Source: a virus
Direction: 5' to 3' (one strand)
IMG/VR virus record: IMGVR_UViG_3300048625_000299
Span: 69,679 to 133,678 of that record
DNA: 64,000 nucleotides
The translations under genes were made by a program, and so were the position numbers. The notes beneath the pieces were generated by a model. It saw only the letters and a list, made by a program, of their open reading frames with translations, was not told the origin of the DNA and did no database searches. Position 1 is the stretch's first letter. Each line of letters opens with the position of its first letter. This document shows positions 51,727 through 61,086 of the stretch, one piece after another.

Positions 51727-51919
51727 ATTTTTGGAATTCAATCCTATCCGCCATTCGCGCGGTGCTCCTGCAGCACGCGTTGAAGTGTGGGAGAACGATC
51801 GTGGCGTTATCAGCGCATGTGATTGGTTGTGGATGACTAAGAGCGACATCAAGAAGAATATTCTTGAATGGGGTGAAGATCCTGGACTGTTAGAGGCATT
51901 GAGTCATTATGAGCGATAA
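51710..51919 (+). CDS. Hypothetical protein
   Basis: Internal ATG overlapping the upstream stop (track N-extension rejected). Confidence 0.35.
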   Translation: MISHFKFLEFNPIRHSRGAPAARVEVWENDRGVISACDWLWMTKSDIKKNILEWGEDPGLLEALSHYER

Positions 51920-52088
51920 ACTAACGCCATGCGCATGCGTCGGTCCGCTCGGTAGCGGCCCACACTGCCCTTGCGTAATGAAACAAATGGGCCTCACGCC
52001 GACTGATATTTGGACAGATGAAGCGAAACAACAATTCGCAGAAGCACTCAATAAGATATTCAAGAAAGATGACAATGAGAACAAATAA
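51909..52088 (+). CDS. Small Cys-rich protein (59 aa)
   Basis: PCACVGPLGSGPHCPCVM. Below the track cut-off. Confidence 0.35.
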   Translation: MSDKLTPCACVGPLGSGPHCPCVMKQMGLTPTDIWTDEAKQQFAEALNKIFKKDDNENK

Positions 52089-52308
52089 TCCAATTCCATA
52101 CACTGGTTTGTATGTGACTCCTACAGATCAAACACATTTGGTTGATATTATCAGTGGTATGTACTCTGGTCCCGAGCGTGCAGCAGCAATGGCTGGAGCA
52201 TGTATGGCTTTGAACCTAGCATACACATTGGTCGAGGAGAACTACGACACATCAGTATTTGCTGTTCCTAATGCCGTAGACGAAGCACGAGCAGCTGCAC
52301 GAGCATGA
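52069..52308 (+). CDS. Hypothetical protein
   Basis: ORF track frame. Internal ATG. Confidence 0.35.
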   Translation: MTMRTNNPIPYTGLYVTPTDQTHLVDIISGMYSGPERAAAMAGACMALNLAYTLVEENYDTSVFAVPNAVDEARAAARA

Positions 52309-52694
52309 GAACAAAAGACGCTGGCGTAGTCTTCCTGTTTGAAGGTGACAGCGCTCTGTGGATTACACGCTTGAAATATGGTGATAGCGGAATCCGCGGA
52401 TATGTCATCAACGGCAATTGGTATTTTGAATATGATGGCACGCATGTAAAGGCATGTAGGGCAACCACCACAATGGTTGACGACCCAACACAATGGGGTG
52501 GGTGGAACTGGAAGCAAACGATTCATTGGGACGATCCTGTTTCAGTAGTAGAGAAGAAAATCGTTGCACAGATTCCCATTCCTCAGAGCATGGTCGAACA
52601 CTACTCTGAGGAATATTATTGGCACCATTATAATGAAATGATTGAATATGCAAGAAATGAATACAAGCATACTGGACAAGCGGTTGGTGTCTGA
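52305..52694 (+). CDS. Hypothetical protein
   Basis: ORF track. ATGA-coupled. Confidence 0.45.
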   Translation: MRTKDAGVVFLFEGDSALWITRLKYGDSGIRGYVINGNWYFEYDGTHVKACRATTTMVDDPTQWGGWNWKQTIHWDDPVSVVEKKIVAQIPIPQSMVEHYSEEYYWHHYNEMIEYARNEYKHTGQAVGV

Positions 52695-52956
52695 TACCAA
52701 CCTGTCGGAAGAAACACGAGCACGGATCGAAGCAATCCAACGTCGAATGGAAGAGCAAGGTGTGACGAATGTCCGCTTCTCCTGGAATTACGAGAAGCTA
52801 TTGGAAGATAAGCCAATGCTGGAGACAGTAGCACGCACATTGTGTGATGTTATGGAGAAGGATCTCAGTGGTGAGGACTTTGAAGAAGTTGTGTTCGACG
52901 ATACGCCAGACATCCCAACAGACGTACAAGAGATCATCAACAATACAACACTATGA
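52642..52956 (+). CDS. Hypothetical acidic protein
   Basis: ORF track. True start uncertain (possibly GTG near 52686). Confidence 0.35.
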   Translation: MNMQEMNTSILDKRLVSDTNLSEETRARIEAIQRRMEEQGVTNVRFSWNYEKLLEDKPMLETVARTLCDVMEKDLSGEDFEEVVFDDTPDIPTDVQEIINNTTL

Positions 52957-53156
52957 GCAAAACATATTTCCTCACAAATGCTGATGATGACATCATGTGC
53001 TGTTGGAGCGGCGATGCGTCACGTACAAACATCATCGAATTCAAACGCAACCACCCATACTCACCACAGGACGTCGTTCGTCTCATGAACAAGGCATTCC
53101 GTCTTGGCTGTGAAGATAAGGCAGAAGAAATTAGAAACGTATTGGGGGTCAAATGA
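52953..53156 (+). CDS. Hypothetical protein
   Basis: ORF track. ATGA-coupled. Confidence 0.4.
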   Translation: MSKTYFLTNADDDIMCCWSGDASRTNIIEFKRNHPYSPQDVVRLMNKAFRLGCEDKAEEIRNVLGVK

Positions 53157-53386
53157 TTAAGTATGTTGTTGGTTTATTTGTACTGGTTGCTATGATCGGT
53201 TGCTCACCCAGTGCGCGTCGCAAGGAATATCCTATACTGCCAGTTGAATTGAAGGATTGTGTATTCTTCCGTCTGATGGACGAAGATGGTGCAAGTATTA
53301 CTGTTGCACGGTGTCCTAACAGTACAACGACCGTACGCCAGAGCGATAAGCCTGGAACCACAGCAGTGGTTATCGACGGCAAGTAA
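53153..53386 (+). CDS. Small lipoprotein
   Basis: MIKYVVGLFVLVAMIGCSPS (lipobox). Confidence 0.45.
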   Translation: MIKYVVGLFVLVAMIGCSPSARRKEYPILPVELKDCVFFRLMDEDGASITVARCPNSTTTVRQSDKPGTTAVVIDGK

Positions 53387-53393
53387 TAGCTAG

Positions 53394-53422
53394 TTGGCCG
53401 AATGATTGGACTGTCTTATAAT
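53394..53422 (+). promoter_or_regulatory. sigma70-type promoter TTGGCC-N17-TATAAT embedded in an 11-bp-arm inverted repeat (ccgaatgattg ... caatcattcgg, 53398-53444)
   Basis: Hexamers and the perfect 11-bp inverted repeat read directly. Confidence 0.45.
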
Positions 53423-53451
53423 AGAGGCATAAACAATCATTCGGAGTAGTT

Positions 53452-53673
53452 ATGGAAATCATTGGATTTATAGCCTGCGTTGTCATTTTGATATATGTGA
53501 CATTCGTATGGTTTTTCTGCGCTCCATTCACGATGGGGAAGTGGAATATGGGCGGCGTTCCTAACACATGGACGGATCGCCTAATGATGTTGGTGTTCCT
53601 TGCTGTCATCGCCATGGGGTGGTATATGGCATTCGCTAACGCTCCGTTCACAATTGTGGTGACAAAGGTATGA
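53452..53673 (+). CDS. Small membrane protein
   Basis: ORF track. Confidence 0.4.
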   Translation: MEIIGFIACVVILIYVTFVWFFCAPFTMGKWNMGGVPNTWTDRLMMLVFLAVIAMGWYMAFANAPFTIVVTKV

Positions 53674-53843
53674 GTGATGTTATTGTAGGTAGCACACCAG
53701 GCATGCCCACCGAAGCATTGAATGAGTTGAAAGATCTAATCGCTCGGCTGAATGAGCAGTTCTATTTCAAGAATGGTGCTACTGCTGCGTACTGGCATTT
53801 GGCTATTGCATTGAGCGAACACATCGGAGAGGGACGAGAATGA
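53670..53843 (+). CDS. Small hypothetical protein (57 aa)
   Basis: ATGA-coupled. Below the track cut-off. Confidence 0.3.
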   Translation: MSDVIVGSTPGMPTEALNELKDLIARLNEQFYFKNGATAAYWHLAIALSEHIGEGRE

Positions 53844-54118
53844 ACTTAGATACGTTACGTGACAATCTGAAGAACACGATTGCTGGCAAGGAAAGATTGT
53901 ATCAATCCTACTGCAGCGATAAGGACTATGCTTCAATGGCAGAAGTGTTTGTTATCAATGCCAAGTTGGAGTTCATCCAAATCAACATCGACGAACTCAA
54001 GAAGATCTTGGCTGATGTTGAGCTGTGTATCAACCACGCTGCAGCAAATAGCTGGGCTGGCTGCGTAGACCGCCAAAGTGGCGCATTCGATGAATCTGAA
54101 ATGCCTGTATGGAGATGA
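53840..54118 (+). CDS. Hypothetical protein
   Basis: ORF track. ATGA-coupled. Confidence 0.4.
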   Translation: MNLDTLRDNLKNTIAGKERLYQSYCSDKDYASMAEVFVINAKLEFIQINIDELKKILADVELCINHAAANSWAGCVDRQSGAFDESEMPVWR

Positions 54119-54119
54119 C

Positions 54120-54320
54120 ATGACGACACAATCTGCATTGGTTCGTAACTTTCTGGTAGTAGAGAGTCGTGCTGAAGAACATGACCATACAATTTCAGCC
54201 CTAGGCGATTCGTTCTATGTCTATGATGAGAATGGCGCTACTGTATGTGGTACCACCTCGATTGAAGGATTGGCTTGCTACTTCGATGCGCTCGACAACG
54301 TAAAGAGGAAATCCAAATGA
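54120..54320 (+). CDS. Hypothetical protein
   Basis: ATG 1 nt after the upstream stop. Confidence 0.35.
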   Translation: MTTQSALVRNFLVVESRAEEHDHTISALGDSFYVYDENGATVCGTTSIEGLACYFDALDNVKRKSK

Positions 54321-54454
54321 CAATCGAATGCTGGGACAACCCACTTTACACAACTGAAGATCGACTTGAGATGGCAAAGGGTAGAATCAAATTCCGTGAT
54401 GGTGGTGTAAGATTATCACTTCAAGAATGGAAGATTAAAAATGGCAAGAGTTGA
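54317..54454 (+). CDS. Small hypothetical protein (45 aa)
   Basis: ATGA-coupled. Below the track cut-off. Confidence 0.25.
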   Translation: MTIECWDNPLYTTEDRLEMAKGRIKFRDGGVRLSLQEWKIKNGKS

Positions 54455-54659
54455 GCATAAAACTACCTATCGCGTAGACATCATTGAGAGTGAGCGTGGT
54501 TGGGGCCAAAAGGTTGACGAGAGTGTATACTTCGATAATGCTGAAGAGGCGATCGAGTATGCAAACGCGTATAACGAAAAGTTTAACCCACCTTTAAAAG
54601 CAGGCGAAGGTGTGCCAGATTGGTACATGGTCGCACGATACGCAGGAGCAGTACGATAA
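54441..54659 (+). CDS. Hypothetical protein
   Basis: ORF track. Confidence 0.4.
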   Translation: MARVEHKTTYRVDIIESERGWGQKVDESVYFDNAEEAIEYANAYNEKFNPPLKAGEGVPDWYMVARYAGAVR

Positions 54660-54826
54660 TGGAATACAAATGGATTTGCATCATGGCCGCCGTTGTCATG
54701 GGATCAGCATCGATCGGACATATGTTCGAAGAACGAGCAAGATCAGAATGCCGCATCGAAGCAATTAAAGCCGCTGGTGCTGCCAAACTCAACGTTGATG
54801 AAATTGCAAAGGTATGTGACAAATGA
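54659..54826 (+). CDS. Small membrane protein (55 aa)
   Basis: TAATG-coupled. WICIMAAVVMGSASIG. Confidence 0.3.
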   Translation: MEYKWICIMAAVVMGSASIGHMFEERARSECRIEAIKAAGAAKLNVDEIAKVCDK

Positions 54827-54978
54827 TGCAAGAAAAGATTGAAATTCCTAGAAAAGAATATGACCAGTTGCTGCGCGACGCTCATTTGTTGAACTGCTTG
54901 CGCAATGCTGGCGTTGATAATTGGGATGGCTGGGACTTCGCGATTGAAGAATTCATGTCACAATACGGCGACGAGTAA
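54823..54978 (+). CDS. Small hypothetical protein (51 aa)
   Basis: ATGA-coupled. Confidence 0.3.
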   Translation: MMQEKIEIPRKEYDQLLRDAHLLNCLRNAGVDNWDGWDFAIEEFMSQYGDE

Positions 54979-55211
54979 TGTTCTTCGGTGGCCTCAATGG
55001 AGACGGGTTCGCTGACGAGTCGGACTATGACTATGGCAGCTACAGTGAAGGACCACAATACAACCGCACTGGTCCGAGCAAGATAATTCGGTGCCATGGA
55101 TGTGGTTGCTATGACTTTATGTGGAAACACACCAAATTCGGTTGGCGTTTGGCATATAGTGGTGGTATACTAGAAGGCAAGATTCACGCATGCCCGTCTG
55201 AAGGAGAATGA
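54978..55211 (+). CDS. Small Cys-containing protein
   Basis: ORF track. CHGCGCYDF...HACPSEGE. Confidence 0.4.
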   Translation: MFFGGLNGDGFADESDYDYGSYSEGPQYNRTGPSKIIRCHGCGCYDFMWKHTKFGWRLAYSGGILEGKIHACPSEGE

Positions 55212-55432
55212 AAATGGGATTCGCAAATAGCACTGAGATTACTGTCTATGCAGATGATGCATACCATTACAGCGTCGTCGCAGAAGACATGGGTTGCTGT
55301 ATTAACTACTACGAGCAAGGCAAGCCTGCACCATTCACGCATATTACCTTCGGCAATATGAAGGAGATGGAAGCAGTCGCAAAAGCAATGTTGCAAGCTG
55401 TCAACACGTACCGCACGATGTTGAATGGCTGA
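55208..55432 (+). CDS. Hypothetical protein
   Basis: ORF track. ATGA-coupled. Confidence 0.4.
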   Translation: MKMGFANSTEITVYADDAYHYSVVAEDMGCCINYYEQGKPAPFTHITFGNMKEMEAVAKAMLQAVNTYRTMLNG

Positions 55433-55622
55433 TACTGAACAAACGTGGCGAGGAACGGAGATTGAGCTAGAGTATCTCAAATCCGTTTTCGTTCGCCTAC
55501 ACGAAATCGGCGAGAAGAATTGGAACGACTCACAACGTCAGCGGGCAAAAGATACTCGCAGGCGTTGTGTTGAGTTGTGTGAGTATCGCTACTACCTATT
55601 GAGAAAAAAGACCGATGTTTAG
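55425..55622 (+). CDS. Hypothetical protein
   Basis: ORF track. Confidence 0.4.
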   Translation: MADTEQTWRGTEIELEYLKSVFVRLHEIGEKNWNDSQRQRAKDTRRRCVELCEYRYYLLRKKTDV

Positions 55623-55772
55623 GACAGTCAAATCATACCTGACGCTCAAGTACGTCAGACATGCATTCAACGATCCGATTGGAGGTTGTGCAGTCAATGT
55701 GTACGTCGACTGTTATGGCGAACAATGGTTGAAGGATAGTCGCTGGGCATTTTTTAGAGTGAGGACAGGTGG

Positions 55773-56018
55773 ATGAGATCGCATGAATTAGCAAAACTCC
55801 TATTGGAGAATCCAGACGTTGAGCTGGTCCTTCAGGATGACCCTGAAGGTAATGGGTATCGTGCATTGCAAGGAGCAGACTTCGATGTCTTGTGGGATGA
55901 GTGTCAAGAGACAGTGCTCAGCACAGACTGGTCAGCTGATGATGCTGATATGGACGATGATGAGTGGGAAAAATTGAAAGCTCAACAGTCTGGTAAGATC
56001 GCCGTATTGTATCCATAA
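55773..56018 (+). CDS. Hypothetical acidic protein
   Basis: ORF track. Confidence 0.4.
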   Translation: MRSHELAKLLLENPDVELVLQDDPEGNGYRALQGADFDVLWDECQETVLSTDWSADDADMDDDEWEKLKAQQSGKIAVLYP

Positions 56019-56027
56019 GGAACTGCA

Positions 56028-56219
56028 ATGCCATGGTTCGATAACATGCGCAATGCTGGTGAATATCCTCGTAAAGGGTATGGCTGGCAGAGCGAAGAAC
56101 AACAACGTGAAGAGATCCAACGCAAGATCAACAAGGGTTGGGATGAGCCTTGGGTGTTGAAAGAAGCTGCTAAGTTTGGCATCACTCGCCAAGAAGTAGA
56201 CACGACTCAAGGTTATTGA
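56028..56219 (+). CDS. Hypothetical protein
   Basis: ORF track. Confidence 0.4.
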   Translation: MPWFDNMRNAGEYPRKGYGWQSEEQQREEIQRKINKGWDEPWVLKEAAKFGITRQEVDTTQGY

Positions 56220-56220
56220 T

Positions 56221-56490
56221 ATGACACCATATGACCGTCTAGTCGCGTTGCAGGATAGGGAGATTGCGGCCGCCCAAGCTGCAGGGGAAGAGTTCTTCCT
56301 CGATCTTCCTGATGCATGGTATGAACCACGACCAACTTATGGTTGCGAAAGCGGTCACATATCGCACAGATACCTCAAGAGCGAAGCTCAAATGAGAAGT
56401 CTATGTCTAGACTGTCACAAACCGCTTGTGTTGTTGCCTGGACGATATACAGACGAAACACTAACAGCTGCGCTAGCAGTAATAGAGTAA
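56221..56490 (+). CDS. Hypothetical protein (possible zinc-binding: CxSGH...CLDCH)
   Basis: ORF track. Confidence 0.4.
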   Translation: MTPYDRLVALQDREIAAAQAAGEEFFLDLPDAWYEPRPTYGCESGHISHRYLKSEAQMRSLCLDCHKPLVLLPGRYTDETLTAALAVIE

Positions 56491-56493
56491 GAT

Positions 56494-56883
56494 ATGACAG
56501 AAGAACAAAAGGCACTAGAACTAGCACGTGATGTGCTCGAGCGTACACGCAACGGTCTCGAATGGTACCAAGATAGCTATCCAGAAACGTGTGATGGTAG
56601 CGATGATGAGACATTAGCAGAGATTGAAAAAGCAATCCGTGCGATCAATGTAATACTGACATCACGTAAAGACCCAATCACAGGACTAGCAATCAAGGCT
56701 GGATTGATTTCAGATCAACAAAACGGGTTCGACCGTACACGGCTAGCTCCTACCGAACAGCGATTTGCTGAGCTGATTATTGAGCGTTGCGTAGAGGTTG
56801 TGATGGAAGGCGATCGCTATCGTCGCGACTACTTCGCTGCTAAGATTAAACAACACTTTGGAGTAGAAGATGGCAAGAGTTAG
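56494..56883 (+). CDS. Hypothetical protein
   Basis: ORF track. Confidence 0.45.
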   Translation: MTEEQKALELARDVLERTRNGLEWYQDSYPETCDGSDDETLAEIEKAIRAINVILTSRKDPITGLAIKAGLISDQQNGFDRTRLAPTEQRFAELIIERCVEVVMEGDRYRRDYFAAKIKQHFGVEDGKS

Positions 56884-57256
56884 AGAAGGATGCGACTGTG
56901 GTTGCAACGATCCAGTCGCGCGCACACCAGAAAAGATGTTGCGGTTCCTCAAATATCGCTTCGAGATGGCTGGTGTGGCGGAATCTGTTGCTGACATCTA
57001 CGCCCATGATATTGGTCTGATCCTCGATGAGTACTACGACACTCCAAAGGAGTTGATTCTCTACGCCGTCGAATATACAGATTGCATCTATGAGTCTGGA
57101 TACTCTGTCGTGTCGTTGCACAGAACAGAAGAAGGTGCAAACAAGGCACTAGAAGAAGGTAAGGCCAAGAAGCTTGCCGAATGGAAAGAATTGGATCACG
57201 ATGGACCACCTGATTGGGAGCTGTGGCGAATCCGCAATGTCGAAGTCCTGAAATAA
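56870..57256 (+). CDS. Hypothetical protein
   Basis: ORF track. Confidence 0.45.
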   Translation: MARVREGCDCGCNDPVARTPEKMLRFLKYRFEMAGVAESVADIYAHDIGLILDEYYDTPKELILYAVEYTDCIYESGYSVVSLHRTEEGANKALEEGKAKKLAEWKELDHDGPPDWELWRIRNVEVLK

Positions 57257-57316
57257 GTTGTTGTAAACGTGGTTTGGATGTACAATCTATTCATAGCAAT
57301 AGATCGGAGTATGTCG

Positions 57317-57546
57317 TGAACAAGCAAGTTAAAGAACTAGCAATTGAAGCTGGTGCCACGGAACGCAGTATGTGTTACGGTCATGGCGACTATCGCACTG
57401 AGCTCGTGATGACCGGCGAAGCAATCGAATTATTTGCCAAGTTGGTTGCTGGCGAATGTGCTTCGCTATTTCCACATCAGTTCACCGATGAGCAGTACCA
57501 ACGCAGAATCGATAAGACTATTATGAACCACTTCGAGGCCGAATAA
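57317..57546 (+). CDS. Hypothetical protein (GTG start proposed)
   Basis: The track's longer start crosses an AT-rich intergenic stretch. A GTG with SD gatcggag lies at 57317. Confidence 0.35.
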
Positions 57547-57557
57547 AGGAAACACCA

Positions 57558-57974
57558 ATGACACTAATGGAACAAATTAAAGTACAACAGATCGCTGCTC
57601 GTAAGGCTGGTGCACTACAGTCGCGCGAGGCGAGCTTGCTGACGACGTTGCTCGGTGAGGCTGCAATTGTTGGCAAGAATGCTGGCCGTGAAACTTCCGA
57701 CCAAGAGGTTGTTGCTGTCATCAAGAAGTTCATCAAGAACATCGATGAGACTGAAAAGGCATTGCATGCACGCAATCTCGAAACAAGTACTTGCATGTAT
57801 GAACGTGGTATCTTGGAGAAATTCCTACCAGCACAACTGTCTGGCGAGGATCTCGGTAAGATTGCGCTGGAATTCACATCGATGCCAGAGTACATGAAGC
57901 ACTTGAAAGAGAACTATACTGGTCAATATGACGGCAAAGTCGCTTCTACAATCGCTAAGACGGTGTTCCAGTAA
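57558..57974 (+). CDS. GatB/YqeY-domain protein
   Basis: 138 aa. The overall pattern (helical, ...LLGEAAIVGKNAGRE...VVAVIKKFIKN...) resembles the YqeY family. Motif match is moderate. Confidence 0.5.
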   Translation: MTLMEQIKVQQIAARKAGALQSREASLLTTLLGEAAIVGKNAGRETSDQEVVAVIKKFIKNIDETEKALHARNLETSTCMYERGILEKFLPAQLSGEDLGKIALEFTSMPEYMKHLKENYTGQYDGKVASTIAKTVFQ

Positions 57975-58462
57975 TGTTACTCCGCGACGAAAGCGATTTC
58001 ATTCGCGCTGCGAATATGTCATATGATCTAGCTGCGATCGTAACGACATATTTGAAGTTGTTCCGCAAACATACCAACGGGTGGGGTGATGTGTGGATGC
58101 CGGACGATTCGTTCGCGGTTGTCCACATCCCATCAAAGATCGAAGGTATGGTTTGCGTTGACGTGTTGTGGAAGCACAACTACTCTGTGACCACACCAAC
58201 ATACTATGATGTCGATGACGACAATTTCAGCGAGAGCTGGGGGTCGTCAAACGTCAGCGGTGAGGAAACGAGTTTTCACGAATCGAATCAGTGCAAGCGA
58301 ATTCATATTCCGATACGCCAATTAATGATGGCGGAGCAGACGATGATCGACTTCTTCGTCAATAAAGAAAAAGAACTCAAGCGTGCCAAGGCAATGGCTG
58401 AAACTGCAGAAGAGATTGCACAGCTAGAGAAACGTCTGACGGAGCTTAAAAATGGAAGTTAA
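57974..58462 (+). CDS. Hypothetical protein
   Basis: ORF track. TAATG-coupled. Confidence 0.45.
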   Translation: MLLRDESDFIRAANMSYDLAAIVTTYLKLFRKHTNGWGDVWMPDDSFAVVHIPSKIEGMVCVDVLWKHNYSVTTPTYYDVDDDNFSESWGSSNVSGEETSFHESNQCKRIHIPIRQLMMAEQTMIDFFVNKEKELKRAKAMAETAEEIAQLEKRLTELKNGS

Positions 58463-58697
58463 AGAACTAAAGCTGACACCTAGCTGCAAGCTCACTTATA
58501 CTAACTACGAAAACATCTTCGTAAAGGACGTATGCTTGGAGTATGTTGAGCACTCATCTGATCATTGGCACAGCGATAGCGAGACGAGCATCGATATTGA
58601 TCGAAAGATGGCGATCGATATCATTAAGTTTTTGATGATGGCACACGAAATTAGAGGAACGATATCATGGAAAAGTCAGAGTTGTTCGCAGGAATGA
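58452..58697 (+). CDS. Hypothetical protein
   Basis: ORF track. Confidence 0.4.
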   Translation: MEVKELKLTPSCKLTYTNYENIFVKDVCLEYVEHSSDHWHSDSETSIDIDRKMAIDIIKFLMMAHEIRGTISWKSQSCSQE

Positions 58698-58829
58698 CGA
58701 TTGGAGGACTAATTGTCCTTATCATTACAGCATTGCCATTTTCAGACGCAGCAAGATATCGTAAAGCAATCGATGAATGTGAGCGCACACTACCCCGTAA
58801 CGTCCAATGTAAAGTGGTAGGAGTACCAA

Positions 58830-59084
58830 ATGTCTGAACAATACTTCAAAGCAAATCGTGCATTGATGCAGCGATTCAAGATCAATGACAATGTCGTGGT
58901 GATGTGGCCAGCTGGAACTGATGAATTCGAAAGAGAGTTCGCAAAGCCCCCACAACTCGGTACTGTGGTTGGATACCAGCAGTATGGTGAGGGTAAGTTT
59001 GCACTGAAGATTTACATCATCGATAAAGATACGCACTACGTCATCGATCCAAATAATCGAATGTCTCCTGTGGAGCATGTATGA
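58830..59084 (+). CDS. Hypothetical protein
   Basis: ORF track. Confidence 0.4.
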   Translation: MSEQYFKANRALMQRFKINDNVVVMWPAGTDEFEREFAKPPQLGTVVGYQQYGEGKFALKIYIIDKDTHYVIDPNNRMSPVEHV

Positions 59085-59329
59085 CGTGCAAGAGATGTGG
59101 GAAAGACCACTCTAACGATCCTCCATACAATGAGGAGGAAGCGTTATCGCGTGCAGGCGATGAGATAGCACGTGAAATTGATAAGGAAGTGTTACTCCAA
59201 GCTGGTGCCATGATGTCAGATAAGGGGTATAGTGAAGGATCATATGATCATCCAGGTTATAAAGAAACTCAAGCTCGCTGGCATGCGCTTTTTGCTCAGC
59301 TGGCCAAGGAAAGTAGAAATGGCAAATGA
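59081..59329 (+). CDS. Hypothetical protein
   Basis: ORF track. ATGA-coupled. Confidence 0.4.
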   Translation: MTCKRCGKDHSNDPPYNEEEALSRAGDEIAREIDKEVLLQAGAMMSDKGYSEGSYDHPGYKETQARWHALFAQLAKESRNGK

Positions 59330-59591
59330 AAATCTAGTTGGATTGAGGAAATTGTTTCTCGATGCGCCCGCAGAACAACTCGACCCTGCGTTGGTTGAAC
59401 TGGTCAAGAAGTGGGACGACGCTCCTACTGCATTGCAGATCTTGGAAGTGCTTGATAAGGCAATCTTCTGGGGTGCTGCTAGTGGGTTTGCTGTAACAGC
59501 ACTGCAAGTGATGCTCGGAGCTGCAATGACAGACGAAGGAGTCACACTTGAGCAGTTAACGGAGAAAGCAGTATGGCGAAACGTGCCCTAA
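59319..59591 (+). CDS. Hypothetical protein
   Basis: Internal ATG with SD aaggaaag (track N-extension rejected). Confidence 0.4.
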   Translation: MANENLVGLRKLFLDAPAEQLDPALVELVKKWDDAPTALQILEVLDKAIFWGAASGFAVTALQVMLGAAMTDEGVTLEQLTEKAVWRNVP

Positions 59592-59773
59592 CACTCGACT
59601 TTGATATTGCCGATCAGACTACCGTCCTTAGCCTCAAGGATGCTCGCAAGCTATTGAAAGAGCAACTGAAGGAACATAAGAATGGAAAGTACTTACATCC
59701 AGAAGATGTTGGTGAAAACTACATTATCTTGGATGCTATCACTAAAGTACTGAACTACTATGGACATAAGTGA
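59573..59773 (+). CDS. Hypothetical protein
   Basis: ORF track. Confidence 0.4.
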   Translation: MAKRALTLDFDIADQTTVLSLKDARKLLKEQLKEHKNGKYLHPEDVGENYIILDAITKVLNYYGHK

Positions 59774-60000
59774 TGCAAATATTCGAACAACAGGTTGAAC
59801 GTAAGCGCAAATTAATCGCTAAGCACAACAAAGAGTTGCGAGAGTTGCTTGCAACTTGTCCCCACGAACGTGTAGAAGAGAAGTCTCGTTACTTTAGCGG
59901 CAGCTATTACGATCAAGCACACACGACCTATTGGAATGAGTGCATGGTATGTGGAGCGAAGTCGGAAGACACAGTCAAAGAACATAGTTGGTATGGATAA
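59770..60000 (+). CDS. Hypothetical protein (Cys pairs: CPHE...CMVCG)
   Basis: ORF track. ATGA-coupled. Confidence 0.4.
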   Translation: MMQIFEQQVERKRKLIAKHNKELRELLATCPHERVEEKSRYFSGSYYDQAHTTYWNECMVCGAKSEDTVKEHSWYG

Positions 60001-60392
60001 TGAGAAAATCAAAACTGATTGAGTTGCTCAATGCAATTGAGGGCAATCCAGACATTAAGTTGTGGAACGGATATGTCGGCGATTATATGGACATCGAATC
60101 TGAACTGGTTCCCACACGTCTTGTTAAGATGACAGAAGCCCATATGTTGGAGATGGTCCGTCTTGAGCAAGCGTTGCACGGTGGCGCTGACCCAAAGACG
60201 TTCAAAATGTCGAGTGACGAAGAAGAACATACGCGCGCTTGCTATAAGAAGTACCATGAGTGGGAACATAATCAGTTTGTTACTGATGGAGATATCAAAG
60301 CAAAGCGGTATATGAAGAAAGACATTTGGATTTTGTCTGCTAAGCTGCGTGGCAAGACATTCGGCGATCGTGTTGGTACAATGGGCTACTAG
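60000..60392 (+). CDS. Hypothetical protein
   Basis: ATGA-coupled start. Confidence 0.45.
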   Translation: MRKSKLIELLNAIEGNPDIKLWNGYVGDYMDIESELVPTRLVKMTEAHMLEMVRLEQALHGGADPKTFKMSSDEEEHTRACYKKYHEWEHNQFVTDGDIKAKRYMKKDIWILSAKLRGKTFGDRVGTMGY

Positions 60393-60401
60393 GAGTATTA
60401 A

Positions 60402-60614
60402 ATGGATTGGTTATCTTGGGCGTTGTTGTTTATCGGTACGTGCAGCTGGGCAGGGCTCGTTGATTGGCGTGGTGATCAGGATTGTGTACGTTGGCCGCCA
60501 TCATACTGCGCATTTGTGTTGCTCGTTGCTGCAGCTTGTTTGGGGCTCGTAATGGCAGAGATCGTCGTTCGGCTGGTTTCGCTTGGTGGCCTTGGTGTTA
60601 GAGATTTGGACTGA
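60402..60614 (+). CDS. Small membrane protein
   Basis: ORF track. Confidence 0.4.
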   Translation: MDWLSWALLFIGTCSWAGLVDWRGDQDCVRWPPSYCAFVLLVAAACLGLVMAEIVVRLVSLGGLGVRDLD

Positions 60615-60616
60615 TT

Positions 60617-60853
60617 ATGAGTGAACATGGACATTGCCCGAATTGTGGTGTAGACTTCGATGGTGGGTCTATTTGGGAACACTTCTTCAAAGAGACAGGA
60701 AGTGAGAGTGAGGCTGACCGCATTGCTGAGCAGTATGGAGCTACGCGAGAGAAAGGCCAATGGGGCAGACAGATCGGCATCTATGATATGGAAACCGATC
60801 GCATACGTCAATGGCAATGTCCAGACTGCAATCACATCTGGGGTAGAAAATGA
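60617..60853 (+). CDS. Small zinc-ribbon protein
   Basis: CPNCGVDF...CPDCNHIW. Confidence 0.4.
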   Translation: MSEHGHCPNCGVDFDGGSIWEHFFKETGSESEADRIAEQYGATREKGQWGRQIGIYDMETDRIRQWQCPDCNHIWGRK

Positions 60854-61086
60854 ACGAACGAATTACAGAACTCATCGAACAACACAGTATCAACATCACT
60901 ATTGATGGGCTTGGCTATGGCGAAGGCAACGTCGAAGGTCTCGCTGAGGCGATTGTGTTAGAATGCATCAAAGTATTCAGCAAAGATATGCCAGACCCAA
61001 TAAGCCCAAACTACACAATCGGCAGTCTCGTGGAGATTGTCAATCGTACGTGCAATGTTGCAGATCATTTCGGAGTTGAGCAATGA
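60850..61086 (+). CDS. Hypothetical protein
   Basis: ORF track. ATGA-coupled. Confidence 0.4.
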   Translation: MNERITELIEQHSINITIDGLGYGEGNVEGLAEAIVLECIKVFSKDMPDPISPNYTIGSLVEIVNRTCNVADHFGVEQ

